64,000 nucleotides of DNA from Octopus vulgaris (GCA_951406725.2 OX597832.1:9982001-10046000), one strand, 5' to 3'. Shown: positions 30,860 to 45,286, counted from the first letter of the stretch. Notes: generated by a model not told the origin, from the sequence alone. Numbers and translations: made by a program.

Positions 30860-32200
30860 TCCTTGATATGAATAGAAGATTCGCAATACACACAGCAACA
30901 GCTATTTCACAAAACCCTGCAAACGAGCAACGCACAGCTACTGGACGATTGTATGCATTACCCTGTGCACATCTCAGGCACGTCCGTTTGGAAGCACTGC
31001 CGTGCAGATAGAGCTTCCTTCCATACGGTAGATCTCTCCAGTTTTTTCGCCAGGCCAAGGTATTTTAGAAATTATCGCTTAAACGGAAATCGTTTCTTCC
31101 TCAGAAAGCAGCAATCACTCTAACTTGATTGAGAGTCGTGCGTCTACCCTTTGTGGGAGAGCTTTATCATGCGCCATTTGTAGGTGAGAATGACTCTCCT
31201 GCTCGTCACCTCGCCCCAAGCCTTGTCCACTGAGAGTTCCCGACCTGACCAGAGCCCGAATAATTTAAACGATGCTTTTGTCACGAACCACACGACCCTG
31301 TCTTGCGGTAAGGATCTGCCGCTCCAGATGTAAAGCCTGAGGCCCAGCGACTTCTCCTGGTTAATCTTTACTCCTGTCTCCGTCTCGGATTCTCTTAGTG
31401 AAGTGCCGAAACCCCTCGATATCTGTGACGTCCGACATTATTACAGTGGCGTAGTTTGCATAAGCCGACACCAACCTTCTTCATCCTAGTTCACACAGGA
31501 TGCTCCAGGAAATATTAAGCGTCTGTAGCAACGGCCTGAGAGAAGAATTCCGATAACTGGCCATTGAGTTTGACCAATAAACAGTTATCACTGTAGAATG
31601 TAGCGATCCAACTTTTAAAAATAGAATGGAAACAGACTGCCATAAAGATAGACCACCGTGTATTTTTGATCGACCCTATCAAAAGACTATGCATCATTCA
31701 AATTGATCGGGGCCCCCAATCATTCCATATTCCATACTTATTCTGTCTGTGAAACGCGTAGGATACAGGTTGTTGAGAATAGGTCTGTTGAGAATAGCGC
31801 ATATGTGCGCGTCACCAACAGGCGTCTCATGGACACGCACCAAAGATTTCGCTAACACATTGGCCAAAATCTTCTGATCTGGATTTAGCTAAGTCATGAA
31901 ACTAAAATTAACTATTTGATCTCTTTTGTTGAGGTCCTTCCTCGGGAGAACCACCACGCGACGTCTAAACCGCATTGGAAACCATCAAGTTCATTTGCCT
32001 CCTGCAGTAGACATACGCTAATAGATCACTGAAGAATTTTGACATATGAACATATAAGGATGAAAGTACAAACCATCCAGCTCTAGAGGTCTCTGCCTTA
32101 TGCAGCTAGTCAACACGTCCCGAAAGTCGTCTACTGTTATCGGACTTTTACATAACTCGTCATTCCTATGTAAAAGATGCGACATGCTGCCGAAGCAGGA
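30860..32200 (-). mobile_element. Degenerate Tx1/L1-type RT remnant
   Basis: Minus-strand motifs in order: LDGL, LNPDQKILANVLAK, INLN..SFDRVD, LVKLNGQLSEF, VSAYANY (from YADD), GVKINQEKSLGLR, C-terminal RTCLRC. Confidence 0.8.
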
Positions 32201-32334
32201 GATGCAATATACGTCTGTCTCCGATCTACTGTGCTCGGTGCCATTCCATGCTCATAGAATCAACAAGAGCAATCAATTCCAAGTGCTCTGAAAAGCAAAA
32301 TAATAACAATGATACTTTCTAGTATAGAAAGTAT

Positions 32335-32458
32335 TATTGTATAGATACAAGGCCTAACATTTTTGAGCGGGGTATAGTCTATTAAATTGTCCCAGCAATC
32401 AACTTCTACTTATTTCATCGAGTGGGAGGGGATGGAAGGCAAAGTGGATGTCAGTGGA
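32335..32458 (-). mobile_element. Highly degenerate SINE B-like fragment
   Basis: tacttatttcatcga...ggatggaaggcaaagt.gat.tcagtggaat resembles the Nin-like core of family B. Confidence 0.55.
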
Positions 32459-32655
32459 ATAATAATAATAATAATGACAATGATAATAACAAGAAGACGA
32501 ATGAGAAGAAGAAGAAGAAGAGGAGAGAAGAAGACAAAGTAGGAGAAGAAGAAGAAGAAGAAGAAGAAGAAGAAAAAGAAGAAGAAGAAGTAGAAGAAGA
32601 AGAAGGAGAAGAAGAAGTAGAAGAAGAAAAAGAAGAAGAAGAGGAGGAGGAGGAA
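32458..32655. repeat. (AAT)n-(GAA)n compound array
   Basis: Directly visible. Confidence 0.9.
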
Positions 32656-33219
32656 ATAAAACAGTCGTTGTTGCTGTTGTTATTTGTATGTTCGTCTATT
32701 GGCAAATGTTGAGCATCACATACGAAAGTTTGTTACTGTTATTATTGTTGCACAAAGTTATATGTTGAGTGTTTCTTATCGTTTTATGACTAAACGAAAC
32801 AGGACAGAAAGGAGCTGGTTAGTCTTCTCCGCCTGTTTCCTTTAGGGGTTAAATTGATGTTTGTTTAAGAAACACGACACACAACTTTTGTTTTAAAATG
32901 ACGGACGAGGACTCTTCGTCCTCTGAAAGGAACAGCCATCCATCTACAGAAGAGGTCAGCAAATTTGTAAAAAAAAATCAGTGACAGCAACAGGAGAAAC
33001 AACAGCAATAACAATAACAACATGGATAGAAACACAGCATGTGCAATATATGCGGCAACACACGCATCACCATCACAGGGACAAGGCAGAACAATAACAA
33101 CAAGAATCAACAACATTGGCGTCGACGCTGAGCCCTTCCACCACCACGACCACCACTAGCAGTACTAGATTAAAACTGGAGTAATCTTGCATGTCGGAAA
33201 AACTTTAACGGATACTCAT

Positions 33220-33345
33220 TCTCTCTCTTTTACTGTTTTACTTGTTTCAGTCCTTTGAAAGCGGCCATGCTGGAGCAATGTCTTTAGTTGAACAAATCGA
33301 CCCCAGGAGTTATTCTTTGTAAATCTAGTACATATTCTATCGGTC
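33220..33345 (-). mobile_element. SINE family A 3' fragment
   Basis: ttttacttgtttcagtc...gcggccatgctggagca...aaatcgaccccagg...ttctatcggt. Confidence 0.85.
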
Positions 33346-33737
33346 CTAAACACGTCAATGGATGTACTAGAAGATAACAGAAAGGGACATTGTCTACGAA
33401 GGTATTTCATCAAAAACACCGAGACTGCCATCACATGTGCAGAACCAGACTGAATAAATCGAAGACTGTTCAGAAGATGAAAACTACAGATTCACAGAAT
33501 TAAGTTTTGAGAGAAAAAGAATAGGGCTTTGTTAGATTACCTCCTCCTATTTAGGAAAAAGATAATAGGGTATGTTAGAATAACCCCAGGGAAAATAGAA
33601 ATTCGTGAAAGGAAAACAAAAGAAAAAGGAAGAGTGACCTCATTAGTGTAACGTAGAATAGCAAGAGGAACTTGGAGGCAAATTTTCGAGAATGATACTA
33701 GCAAATCATAAATAAAGTTACTCAAATATCTTTTACA

Positions 33738-34372
33738 TAAAAAAAACACAGATATATTGTACCCGCCTCTGTACATATAGCCATAGCTATATTAATAGTT
33801 TAAGTTTTTAGCGCTATCACAAACCAATTTTTTTTTATGTAAAAGATATTCCGATCAAATAGAATAAGTGAGCCAGAGATGAGAAAAGAATAGAAAAAAT
33901 GCATCTAAATGAAAGTTTGGTGCTCTAAACAATACAAGATGGCAACAAAACAAGCTTAGTAAAAAGTGCTAGGTGTTTATCTTTTCCAATTAATTCGAAA
34001 GATACTTGGAGAAGATAACTGACTTTCGATGCTTTGGGTGTATAACGAACTGCAACGGGTAAGTCGCTGAGTGCCCCTACTGCGATTTAGGCAGTAATTG
34101 TAACAAAGTGCTCCATACAGGCTTCATGTGTATTCCTCTTTTTAAAAACGATTTTGTTTATTCTTTATATATTGTTCCGTGTACTAACTTTGATTCTTAA
34201 TTTTCGTCAATTATATTTCGTCATTCACCACACACTTCTATGTTAGCACCCTAAATGACTTTCTTCGAAATGTTGTAACTCTCCGGTTTCTGATAGCGCT
34301 AAAAACTTAAACTATTAATATAGCTATGGCTATATGTACAGAGGCGGGTACAAAATACCAGTGTTTTTTTTA
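33738..34372. mobile_element. Element of about 635 bp bounded by near-perfect inverted repeats of about 88 bp (MITE-like or inverted pLTR)
   Basis: 33738-33825 (..ttgtacccgcctctgtacatatagccatagctatattaatagtttaagtttttagcgctatca.aaacc) is the reverse complement of 34285-34372. Confidence 0.85.
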
Positions 34373-34425
34373 TTCATACATAAATACATAAAAACATATA
34401 TACATACACGAAGACACACAGATAA

Positions 34426-34661
34426 AGGCCCCCTTCGGTCATGAATGACCATGGGATTGCACCTAGAAAGTTACCCTCCTAGACACAAGTCCGGGCAAGG
34501 TTGTTTATGGAAGACCAGCAGTCGCCCATGCATACCAGCCTCCCCTCTCCACGCCACCAGTGTTATCCAAGGGAAAGACAAAGGTCGATACAGCTTGGCA
34601 CCTGTGACGTCACAACTCATTTCTACAGCTGAGTGAACTGGAGCAAAGTGAAATAAAGTGC
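34426..34661 (-). mobile_element. 5'-truncated SINE (family C, Meta-like core) with a 19-bp target-site duplication
   Basis: cacgaagacacacagataa at 34407-34425 and 34662-34680; the minus strand begins gcactttatttcactttgctccagttcactcagctg. Confidence 0.85.
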
Positions 34662-34707
34662 CACGAAGACACACAGATAAGCATATATATATATATATAT
34701 ATATATG

Positions 34708-34767
34708 GTGCTATTAAGTTAGGCATGGCCTGGGCCAATAATGGCCGAAACCTATCAAAGTATCAAA
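34708..34767 (+). repeat. Short dispersed repeat in (TA)n; inverted copy at 49290-49352
   Basis: gtgctattaagttaggcatggcctgggccaataatggccgaaacct versus aggttttggccagtattggcccaggccatgtctaacttaatagcac. Confidence 0.8.
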
Positions 34768-34827
34768 GTATATGTGTGTGTGTATGTTTACGCACACACA
34801 TGTATCTTTGTCTGAGTGTATCTGTGC

Positions 34828-34879
<52 letters not shown>

Positions 34880-34908
34880 GTATATATATATATATAAATA
34901 TATATACA

Positions 34909-34942
<34 letters not shown>

Positions 34943-35035
34943 CATATACAAACACCACACACACACATATCTATCATTGCATGTGTATACGCATATTGAT
35001 ACATACATACATATATGTGTGTACACACACACACA

Positions 35036-35081
<46 letters not shown>

Positions 35082-35697
35082 TAGATAGATAGATATATAG
35101 ATATATATATATATATAGATATAGATGTATGTGTGTGTGTGTGTAAATTATGCATGTAAAGGCATTCTTCGATCTACAAGGTAAGCATCCTATGTTATCT
35201 TCCACAGAGAAATTAAGTGTAATTGAATCTTAAAATGCTTGACATACTTTATTGATTCTTCGTTGCCATTCAACAGCGTATTTTGATTCAACGGAATGTG
35301 GATTATTTCAATTCTATCTATTATTCTACAGAATCGGTATGTAAATGTCTCGGTACTCTTTGATTATAGAACAATGCTTATTCAAACTTTAGAATGTTTT
35401 CACATTTATGCTTTATGTAATGACTGCACGTGTCTTCTTCTTTATGGGGGTAGTCTACACATGACATAGCATTACACTCACGCAAATAGACTCATACACT
35501 ACATATATTTATACACACATACACACAGAGGCACAAACACACATACACAAACACACATACACAAACACACATACACAAACACACATACACAAACACACAC
35601 TTAGCCTCACCCACGTACGAATACTTACTGATAATGAATATATATATATATATATGCATGCATATATATAGTTTACATGTAAATACTGTAAGCACGT

Positions 35698-35739
<42 letters not shown>

Positions 35740-36376
35740 GCGAATTTATAATTGTTTTATCTCGTTGTATATTAGATGTTATGCTTTTTCTGTATATATG
35801 ATTGTATGTTTCAAATTACTAATTAGGTGGATTTTGAAAATACGATTTTGCAAAACAGAAAAATATAAGGCAATTTAAGGCAACATTTGTTTTTTTTTTA
35901 CAGAATAATAAATTTAGTCTACTTTGTCTTGTACTATCCAGCCATAATTGTACGTCATAATATTACTTGTATTTTCGGCTTCCCCTATAGAGATGCGCTT
36001 CGAGTTGATTTTAACTTCTCTAAAATGTACATCTATAATTAATAAAACAACTGGAACGATGTGATCCTTATTTTCAATTATATTTTTGGTGCAATAAATT
36101 ATGTTTTATTTCCTAGCGTTAGCAAATAATATTCAGCAAAGATTTTGTGCTGTTCCTTGACATTACGTAGATACGATCGATGTTTAATGTCATGTGTATC
36201 CACACATAAAAATGTTTGCGATTATTCGGAATTAAGTTGGATGTGATATAAGAGGGACAGATATTTCGAAGAACTGCATGAACCATATGGGCGAATCCTT
36301 GAGTTATCGTCTCATAATACATTCATTTATTGTGTGTGTGTGTGTGTATGTGACTGTGTGTGTATGTGTGTGTGTT

Positions 36377-36414
<38 letters not shown>

Positions 36415-37164
36415 ATAAAGCCCGTTAAATAGTTCGTTTCGTTTTCTTTTACTTGAAAATGTAATTAAATCCTATATTTGCAGTAACTCACGGCTTAATG
36501 GAAGTTCCAGTGAAACGTGACAGTGTTTTATTATCGCTCAGGCTATTATGGTTTACATATGTCAGTTCGATTGAAAATAGTATTATTAATATATATATTT
36601 TCCATGTAATAGGATGACGAGATTTCGACAAAATAGCATCTATTGAATTATGACACGTCCTCTTCATGAGATCCATTGCTTCATTATACGGAAAAAGAAA
36701 TTCTCAAATTTCAGCGCCTTTGTGCAACTTCCTGAAGATCTTGACATGAATTTACAAAAAAAAAAAAAAAAAAATGTTAAACGCTATTCACATTTATTTG
36801 TGCAAAGTTTTGAACCAGAGATTCGTTCACAGTTTTAATATATGTCGGAAAAACTCATCTAGCCAGGAAACAACTCAGGCTGAACAAATTTTACAAAGGA
36901 AATCATTGCGTAAAACTGAATAAAAATAAACACTTAACATAAATGTATCATAATTAGATTTCAATAGATTTGACATTATAATTATGGAAATCATGCTACA
37001 AATGAATGGATATTTCCAAATCAGTATTATAATTTAGCAACCAGTGTTGTCTAAATGTAGCATTCTCGAATGCGATACGATATTTCAGGTCTTATGTGTG
37101 AAGTCGTAATATGGAAATTATTGACTATATATATGTATGCGTGTGTGTGTCTGTATATGTATAC

Positions 37165-37213
<49 letters not shown>

Positions 37214-37394
37214 AACACACACACGCAGAGTTACAGACCGCAAAAGCATTCGTGGATAAGAATACATACCACATAAAGACAGAATGGACTAAAGAGTACA
37301 GGAGGAGACACATGGGATGGATAGTCTCTGAAGAGGTCACGTATATTTGCCATAGAAATGGCCATTACGAACTATAACAATGCATATACATATA

Positions 37395-37444
<50 letters not shown>

Positions 37445-37514
37445 GGTATATATATTTATGCATCTATATATACATATATATATATACATATGTATATATG
37501 TATAAATATATATG

Positions 37515-37563
<49 letters not shown>

Positions 37564-38151
37564 AATATATATATATATATATATATATATGCATGCACCA
37601 TATACACATTCACAAACCTACTCTCACACACACGCATATATATAATACATGAAGTGACAGATTGACTTTGTTTTTAATTGTATATGTGTAGAAAAATGTA
37701 AATGTCTTACAGAGTTAGATTTCGTAAAAGTGAACAAGAAATCAGAGAAAGCAAACAAAAGTTTGATACACAGAATATAGGTTGGTATATTCGTGTACGT
37801 TGCAAGATGATCGAGGTGATATGCACTTTTGAAAATAGACAAACGTCGAAGCGTTTCCTGCAAAATACAAAACACATTAAAGCACACCTTTATGTCATAT
37901 CTATTCTTGACGCATATCTTTGATGTGCTTACTTGTGTTACCTTTACTTCAACAAAGGAAGAGACAAAGATTTATGCGAAACAATCCCCACACATATACG
38001 GAGACCTACTTTAGCACACATGTACAATGACTGATTTAAGTTTATGAATAACTTGTCTTTCTATCTATCTATCTGTCTATCTATATATCTATCTATCTGT
38101 CTATCTATATATCTATCTATTTATCTATTTATCTATCTAGTATCTATCTAG

Positions 38152-38193
<42 letters not shown>

Positions 38194-38197
38194 CATG

Positions 38198-38413
38198 TAT
38201 TTCTTTACTACCCACAAGAGGCTACACACATAGGGGACAAACAAGGCCAGACAAACGGATTAAATCGATCATATCGACCCCAGTGTGTAACTGGTAATTA
38301 TTTAATCGACTCCGAAAGGACGAAAGGCAAAGTCGACCTCTGCGGAATTGGAACTACGAACATAGCGACAGATGAAATACTGCTGAGCATTTCACCCGGC
38401 GTGCTAACGTTTC

Positions 38414-38418
<5 letters not shown>
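38198..38418 (-). mobile_element. SINE family B
   Basis: Colinear with 16031-16259 and 59226-59454. Confidence 0.92.
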
Positions 38419-38480
<62 letters not shown>

Positions 38481-38620
38481 TAAATGAAAGAATGGAGTCG
38501 AACGAAGATGTTAACAAAATTCCTTTACTCCCGACACATGTTTCGAAGACAGCATATTTTCATTCCGAAGGAATAAAGGGTGCATTATGCAATAAACATA
38601 GGATAATTCATTCACCTACT

Positions 38621-38685
<65 letters not shown>

Positions 38686-38723
38686 TCCCATCCATCCATC
38701 CGTCAATCCATCTACCCATCTAT

Positions 38724-38776
<53 letters not shown>

Positions 38777-38799
38777 AGCTGATTTGTACTTCTTAGTGA

Positions 38800-39500
38800 C
38801 TGTTGGAATCTTATTCATTAATCCACCGTCAATTCTGGCTACTGTGTCATATTATTTTAACAAGAATTGCCCTATCACAATTATGTGAATTATAATTATT
38901 ACTCGAGTCTGGAAATACTCTGTTCTTCAATATGAGTTAAACTTATATCACCGTTCCCATCAAATTGTATTTTTCATTTCCTAATTGGAGGAACCAGGTT
39001 AAAATCTGTTTTACGCATTTCTCCCTATGTAATAAAGGTCCCACATTAGTACTGAAGGACGATTTCAGTACATTATTATATAGTATAAGGCTTAATGCGT
39101 GCTTCTATTACATCAAATCTTGTCCGTCTCGGAATAACTGGTAATATCTCACTGATGTCATCTGATAAATCTAATGCATCTCATCCCATAAGTACTTTGC
39201 ACCACTATGTGACATGGTATATTCATCCCAAATTATAAGGTGGCATTGCCACAACACTTCTGGCGAACCTGAATCTTTATTTATGTTACAAATTGAAGTG
39301 TCATTTGTGACCAGGTTTAGTGGTAATTAAAAAAAAATTAGCTGTTCTTCCTCCTGTGCGAATGGTGGCATCAAAGGCAGACAATGGTACAGCACCTGAA
39401 ATTCTTTTTTGTTATCTAACTTTGGAAATAAGGAACGTAACAAATGTTTTATGTGTGCAACCAGGAGCATCAAGTAAGAAAACTCCTCTGATTTTTACTG
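38800..39500 (-). mobile_element. Second degenerate Helitron PIF1-type helicase fragment
   Basis: Minus strand: [15 protein letters not shown] (Walker A-like), [43 protein letters not shown]. Confidence 0.8.
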
Positions 39501-39579
39501 CCATTCGAATATTTGCTACAGATCTGCACCCGCGGTTGGCTTCACAGACACTCAAGCATATATACACACACACACACAC

Positions 39580-39658
<79 letters not shown>

Positions 39659-39659
<1 letters not shown>

Positions 39660-39798
39660 GACAGGCTTCTTTCAGCTTCCGCTTACCAAATCTACTCACA
39701 AGGCTTTGGTCGGCCCAGGCTATAGTAGAAACTGCCACGCAGTGCGACTGCACCCGGAACCGGGTGGTTGGTGAGCAAGCTACTTACGACACAGCCAC
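39659..39798 (-). mobile_element. SINE family A 5' half
   Basis: cgacaggcttctttcagc...ctcacaaggctttggtcggcc...cacagccac. Confidence 0.88.
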
Positions 39799-40112
39799 AT
39801 TCAAGAAAATATACCACGCGATGTATTGTAATAAGAAATAGAAAAGAGAGAAAATGCACAGAAATTATGTTGGTAAATATATACATTTATCAAAGGAAGT
39901 GTCATTTATCATCTGCTGCGAATGACTAAGAAATTAATGATAATGTAATAACTTAATGTTATCATAAGATGTTTTTTGCCCAAAGTAGTAGGAGGAAACA
40001 TAGTTTCTTAAAAGTACCTGTAAGTAAACTAAATGTAGTGGAGGTAATCAGAGACAGTTATAAGAAATAAGGGCGATTATCACCCCTTTTAGTACTAAAT
40101 GGATATGTAGAT

Positions 40113-40206
<94 letters not shown>

Positions 40207-40254
40207 AATATTTACCTAGTCCAAATTAGTTGTATTATCATATGCAAATACACA

Positions 40255-40666
40255 TGCAGGTGCGGCTGTGTGGCAAGCGCAGGTGAGGCTGTGTGATAGG
40301 CGCATGAGTGGCTCTATGTTAAGAAGATTGCTTCCGGGTTCAATCCCACTGCGTGGCACATTACGCGAGTGCCTTTTACTATAGCTCCGACCCGACCAAC
40401 AAATATGAGTGGATTTTGTAGACGGAAACTTAAAGAAACCTGACGTATATCTGTGTGTGTATGTGTTTTCTGTGTCTCTGTTTGGTTCTCACAACATTGC
40501 TTGACAACCGATGCTGGTGTGTTTACTTCCCCGTAACTTAGCGGTTCCTCAAAGTGACCGATAGAAAAAATACTAGACTTATGAAGAATAAGTCCTGGGG
40601 GCGATATGCTCCACCAAAGGCGGTACTCCAGCATGGCCGCAGTCAAATGACTGAAACAAGTAAAAA
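40255..40666 (+). mobile_element. SINE family A, diverged, with triplicated 5' head
   Basis: Three variants of gcagg.g.ggctgtgtg at 40257-40320, then the normal body and tail. Confidence 0.88.
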
Positions 40667-41478
40667 CATATATGCTGCTGATATTTTTCAGTAAATTCCG
40701 TCTCTTTCTGTAAACAATGTTTTTCGTTTGCATAGATATATAAGGAAAATCTTGAAGTTTGATTGGAGATTCCCTGCAAAAGTCTCAATGTCTTCGCTTA
40801 ATGATATTTGTCTATATCTTGCGTAACGAATTTGTTCCTTATGCAGTGTCCTCCATCTCAGAGGGATTCTTGCTTGCCATATGTATTTGTTTCCTCATAT
40901 AGAATTTGCGAGTACAGGGAATTTGATTCATCTGTGTGTCCCTCTTCAGCAAAGGTAAATGTGAATAATGTTGTTATATGCTTCATTAATACTAGGGTTG
41001 TGCGTTGGGATGTACATGATAATTTTACGTCGGGTGACTTATTTCCATTTACTCCCCTTGGTGTTTTAATATAAAATCTCTTCGCACGCTTTATCATAAT
41101 GATGTATTAGTGAAGGATGAAAATGTCTCAGGGCAATTTTGGCTTTATGAATCATAACGTCGTACGTTTCTGTTATTTTTATCAGACACAATTGTGCAAA
41201 TCCTTTTCGCTGAATTGCACAACATAATCTATTTTCGTGTGGCATGAATTAAATAGTATCTATTGCTTCGTGTCTGGGTTTTAATAGACGTCGGTTTCAA
41301 TTTGGTTATATAGAATGACATAATTTCATGTTATCATAATATGATTTATAATACTAAGTTAGCGGGAGAAAGAATACTTTGTAAAGAGATTAAGAGGTTA
41401 ATAATTTTAGGGGAGGCAACCATTAATTGCTTTTTCTTGGAACATGAATTGATTGTATGTTGCTTAAATTCATGTATA

Positions 41479-41900
41479 GGCGCAGGAGTGGCTGTTTGGT
41501 AGTAGCTTGCTAACCAACCACATGGTTCCAGGTTCAGTCCTACTGCGTGGCACCTTGGGCAAGTGTCTTCTGCTATAGCCCCGGGCCGACCAATGCCTTG
41601 TGAGTGGATTTGGTAGACGGAAACTGAAAGAAGCCTGTCGTATATATGTATATATATATATAAGTGTGTGTGAATATGTTTGTGTGTCTGTGTTTGTTCC
41701 CCTAGCATTGCTTGACAACCGATGCTGGTGTGTTTAAGTCCCCGTCACTTAGCGGTTCGGCAAAAGAGACCGATAGAATAAGTACTGGGCTTACAAAGAA
41801 TAAGTCCCGGGGTCGAGTTGCTCGACTAAAGGCGGTACTCCAGCATGGCCGCAGTCAAATGACTGAAACAAGTAAAAAGAGTAAAAAGAGTAAAGAGAGT
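41479..41900 (+). mobile_element. SINE family A, full length
   Basis: ggcgcaggagtggctg (A-box-like) ... ggttcagtcc (B-box-like) ... internal (TA)(TG) ... ccagcatggccgcagtcaaatgactgaaacaa followed by (gtaaaaaga)n tail. Confidence 0.95.
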
Positions 41901-42494
41901 ATACTTATCCAGCAAAATATTTCTTTATATACGTGGGCGGATGATACATTTCAATGAATGTAGTCGTTTTATTTATATTCTGTGGTACAGAAGTTGCATA
42001 TTAATCTATTACATTGAACTACTGGGAAACTTCTGATATTTAGTTAGAGATGTATTGCACATTTTTTTATGTGCCCACTTAAAAGTATTTGTATATATCT
42101 TAGGCTATGGATTTGTTTCCTGTATTGTGTTGTTCTCCGTCTGAGAGGCATTATTGTTTACTCTATATAGTTGTGCCCGTTATAAATTCACATTTGAAAA
42201 GAATAATACATAAGAATAAAATAAACGGTTAATTAGCTCCCCTGCAACTAGGACTATACACTGAATTTCTCCCGTAAAACTTTATTGCCGATTTATTTGC
42301 AAACTAACGTTCTTCAATCTAGATATCATGGAATAAATATATATCAATAGCAGGAAAATATAACATTATCCCAAACTATGTAGAATTAGTATAAGCGAAA
42401 CCGGTCGACTATGTACATATTTCAATTCATATATATGTATATGTGTGCGTGTGTGTGAGCGTGGTATAAGTATAAATTGGGAAATATAGGTGTG

Positions 42495-42530
<36 letters not shown>

Positions 42531-43408
42531 TGCGTATATATGTGCGTGTGTGTGGCTATGTGCGTGTCAATATGTGTGTGCATGAATATGTATTCGTGTG
42601 TATGAATATATATGGATTTTTAAGAATCAAAGCTTATCATCTTGTATCTGTATGTGTCTCACTCCAACTCTCATTCTCTCATCTCTCTCGCTATCTGTAT
42701 ATACGTGTGCGTGTGTATGTTTGTGTGCATGTATGCATATACTGTGAAGGAAGGTGAATTTTAGAGAGGGACAGACAGACAGATAAACTGATGGCTAGGG
42801 GCGGAGTAGAAGGGCGTTTTATTAATTACTCATAATTTTAGATTGTGAAAATGTAAGCCATTTACAGCCATTGCATAAATATTAGTATAATTTAAGCGAA
42901 GTCTATTTATAATTTGATAGAAATTTAGCTTTTGGGTGATGAGCAAACTTTAATTACTATTTTCTAAATGTTGTCCTTTATAAATTATTTCGAAATTATA
43001 ATTATATAACTTTCTGTGAATGATCATGTAGAAGAATATGTGACATATTTATTTGCGTAGCCCATATACCATATACGCCTTGGCAGAATTATGTCTTCCA
43101 ATTGATATGTTTCTTAGAAAGCTAACTACATATTATTTTAACATATTTCAAGGTATTTCATATATATCAAGAAATATGCCAAATATGTATATACATATAT
43201 AGAGAGCTGGGCGTAAGTCTGTTAATCCTTTAACCGGTAACACGAACTTAAAATTTTCGTTAACGATTTTTAACTCCTATACGCTTTTAATTGTCTCAGT
43301 TATTTGACAGTGGCCATGATGGAGCATGTAATGTGCAAGATGAAAGATCTTAGAATTAGGAATATTTAAATTTAGTATCAAAGAATGAAGTGTGGTTTTT
43401 ATGTGGTT

Positions 43409-43486
<78 letters not shown>

Positions 43487-44904
43487 ATTTATTTATATAT
43501 ATACAAACACAAACACAAACGCGTATATTTATATATACATCTATATTTATATGTCTATGTCTATGCGTGTGTGTTCACGTGCGCTTGCGTGCGTGCATAT
43601 GTGTTGTGTGTGTGTCTGTGCAATGCTGCAGATTTGCCTCAGTGGCAAGCATTTTTGCGCAGTTGCTGTTTCGATGAAACCAAATATTGTCATAGTGTTA
43701 GATAAAGAGATTTGTACATATGAACACGTTGACAATCTCCCATGAAATTAAAACGAATGTTACTCGAAGTCGAAACAGTGAAAATTATTGTCATCTCTTT
43801 GAGCAATGTGATGAGACATGCTCGAAGGCAGACTATCATCTAAGCGGAGTTGGATATATAGGAAGGATACTTAGGGACAGTATGTGGTGATGGTTGCTAA
43901 GGCTAAGCTTAAGTAAACGTAAAGTAAATATCATCTTGAATGATATCCAGGCTACAGAGGAGAAGGCAAACCCCTGGATTTCGTTAACAAAGAAACGATG
44001 CCCAATGGTTAGAAGGATTTTGATTGAAGATCATTTAGTAAGAGGAGTGTTATATCTGTGAATGGAGCTTCTTGTGCAATAATGACTTCATAGGGAATTC
44101 TCCTATATAGGGGGCATTTTCTCCTGATGATCCCGCAAGCTAGAAAATGTCCGATATTCGGATACTTGCCGGTTTATGGGGTCAACACTCATCTTGTAAA
44201 TGACTCACTAGCAGCTGTCTGCGTACTTATATAAATTCAACAAAAAGAAACAGTCTTGAAATTTTATATATTCCGCATAATAGCATGTTATATATGAACA
44301 CTGACAATATGTGATCATATTCTTGTTATATATCTTCTGCATTTTACTTTTGCCATAGTTCAGCTACCTTTATTATTCAAATATACAGATAATTTTGGCA
44401 AAATATTCCTCAAATAAAATGATATTTTCCCCATTATTTATATTCTGAATGATTATCTATAAAACACTTTACCAAAAACATGCATGTACGCAATTTGTTT
44501 ATTTGCATATAACGTACCATATATTTCGAGTACTAATTATTCACTACTCTGCTCGTCGGAACCTTTTAACTGCCAAATGTATACGTTGCATGATGTGCGA
44601 AGATATTAAGCGTTCACTGGCATAATTAACATTTGGACACGCTTTTATATTTGTGCAATTAGTTATTAACACTAAGATTATTCTACTGCAGCAGCCTTAT
44701 GAACAATCATTTTCCAGAAAAGATCCCATTTTCGAAAGTTTATTTCTGACAGTACCGAAGTTTCAGTCACTCTATTCCATTAATATTTGGTGTATCTGAG
44801 AGTGGAAAATAGTTATCAGCATCTGAATAACCTATTCAGTGATAACCCACTCAAGATAAGAAACATAGACATCCTTTTTAGTTTCTTCTTTCTTTTTTTG
44901 TTGG

Positions 44905-45286
44905 TCCACAATGGGCTAAACATAGAGGGGACTAAAAAGGGATTAAGGGGATTACATCGACCCCAGTGCGTAATGGGTACTTAGTTTATCGACCACGAAA
45001 GGATGAAAGGCAAAGTCGATCTCAGCGGAATTTGAACTCGGAACGTAACGGCGGACGAAATATCTATTTCTTTATTACCCACAAGGGGCTAAACATGTAG
45101 GGGACAAACAAGGATAGACAAGCAGATTAAGTCGATTACATAGACCCAAGTGCGTAACTGGTACTTAATTTATCGACCCCGAAAGAATGAAAGGCAAAGT
45201 CGACCTCGGCGGAATTTGAACTCAGAACATAACGGCAGATGAAATACCGCGAACCAATTCACCGGCGTGCTAACGGCTCTGCCAGT
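44905..45286 (-). mobile_element. Two head-to-tail SINE B units
   Basis: Unit 1 at about 44905-45062 (5'-truncated); unit 2 at about 45064-45286. Confidence 0.9.

Noticed and set aside
40690-41340. Possible transposon ORF remnant
   Set aside because: No diagnostic motif found in any frame.
42396-42412. GAAA-ccgg-UC motif resembling a hammerhead 3' half
   Set aside because: No CUGANGA or stem II found upstream; short enough to occur by chance.
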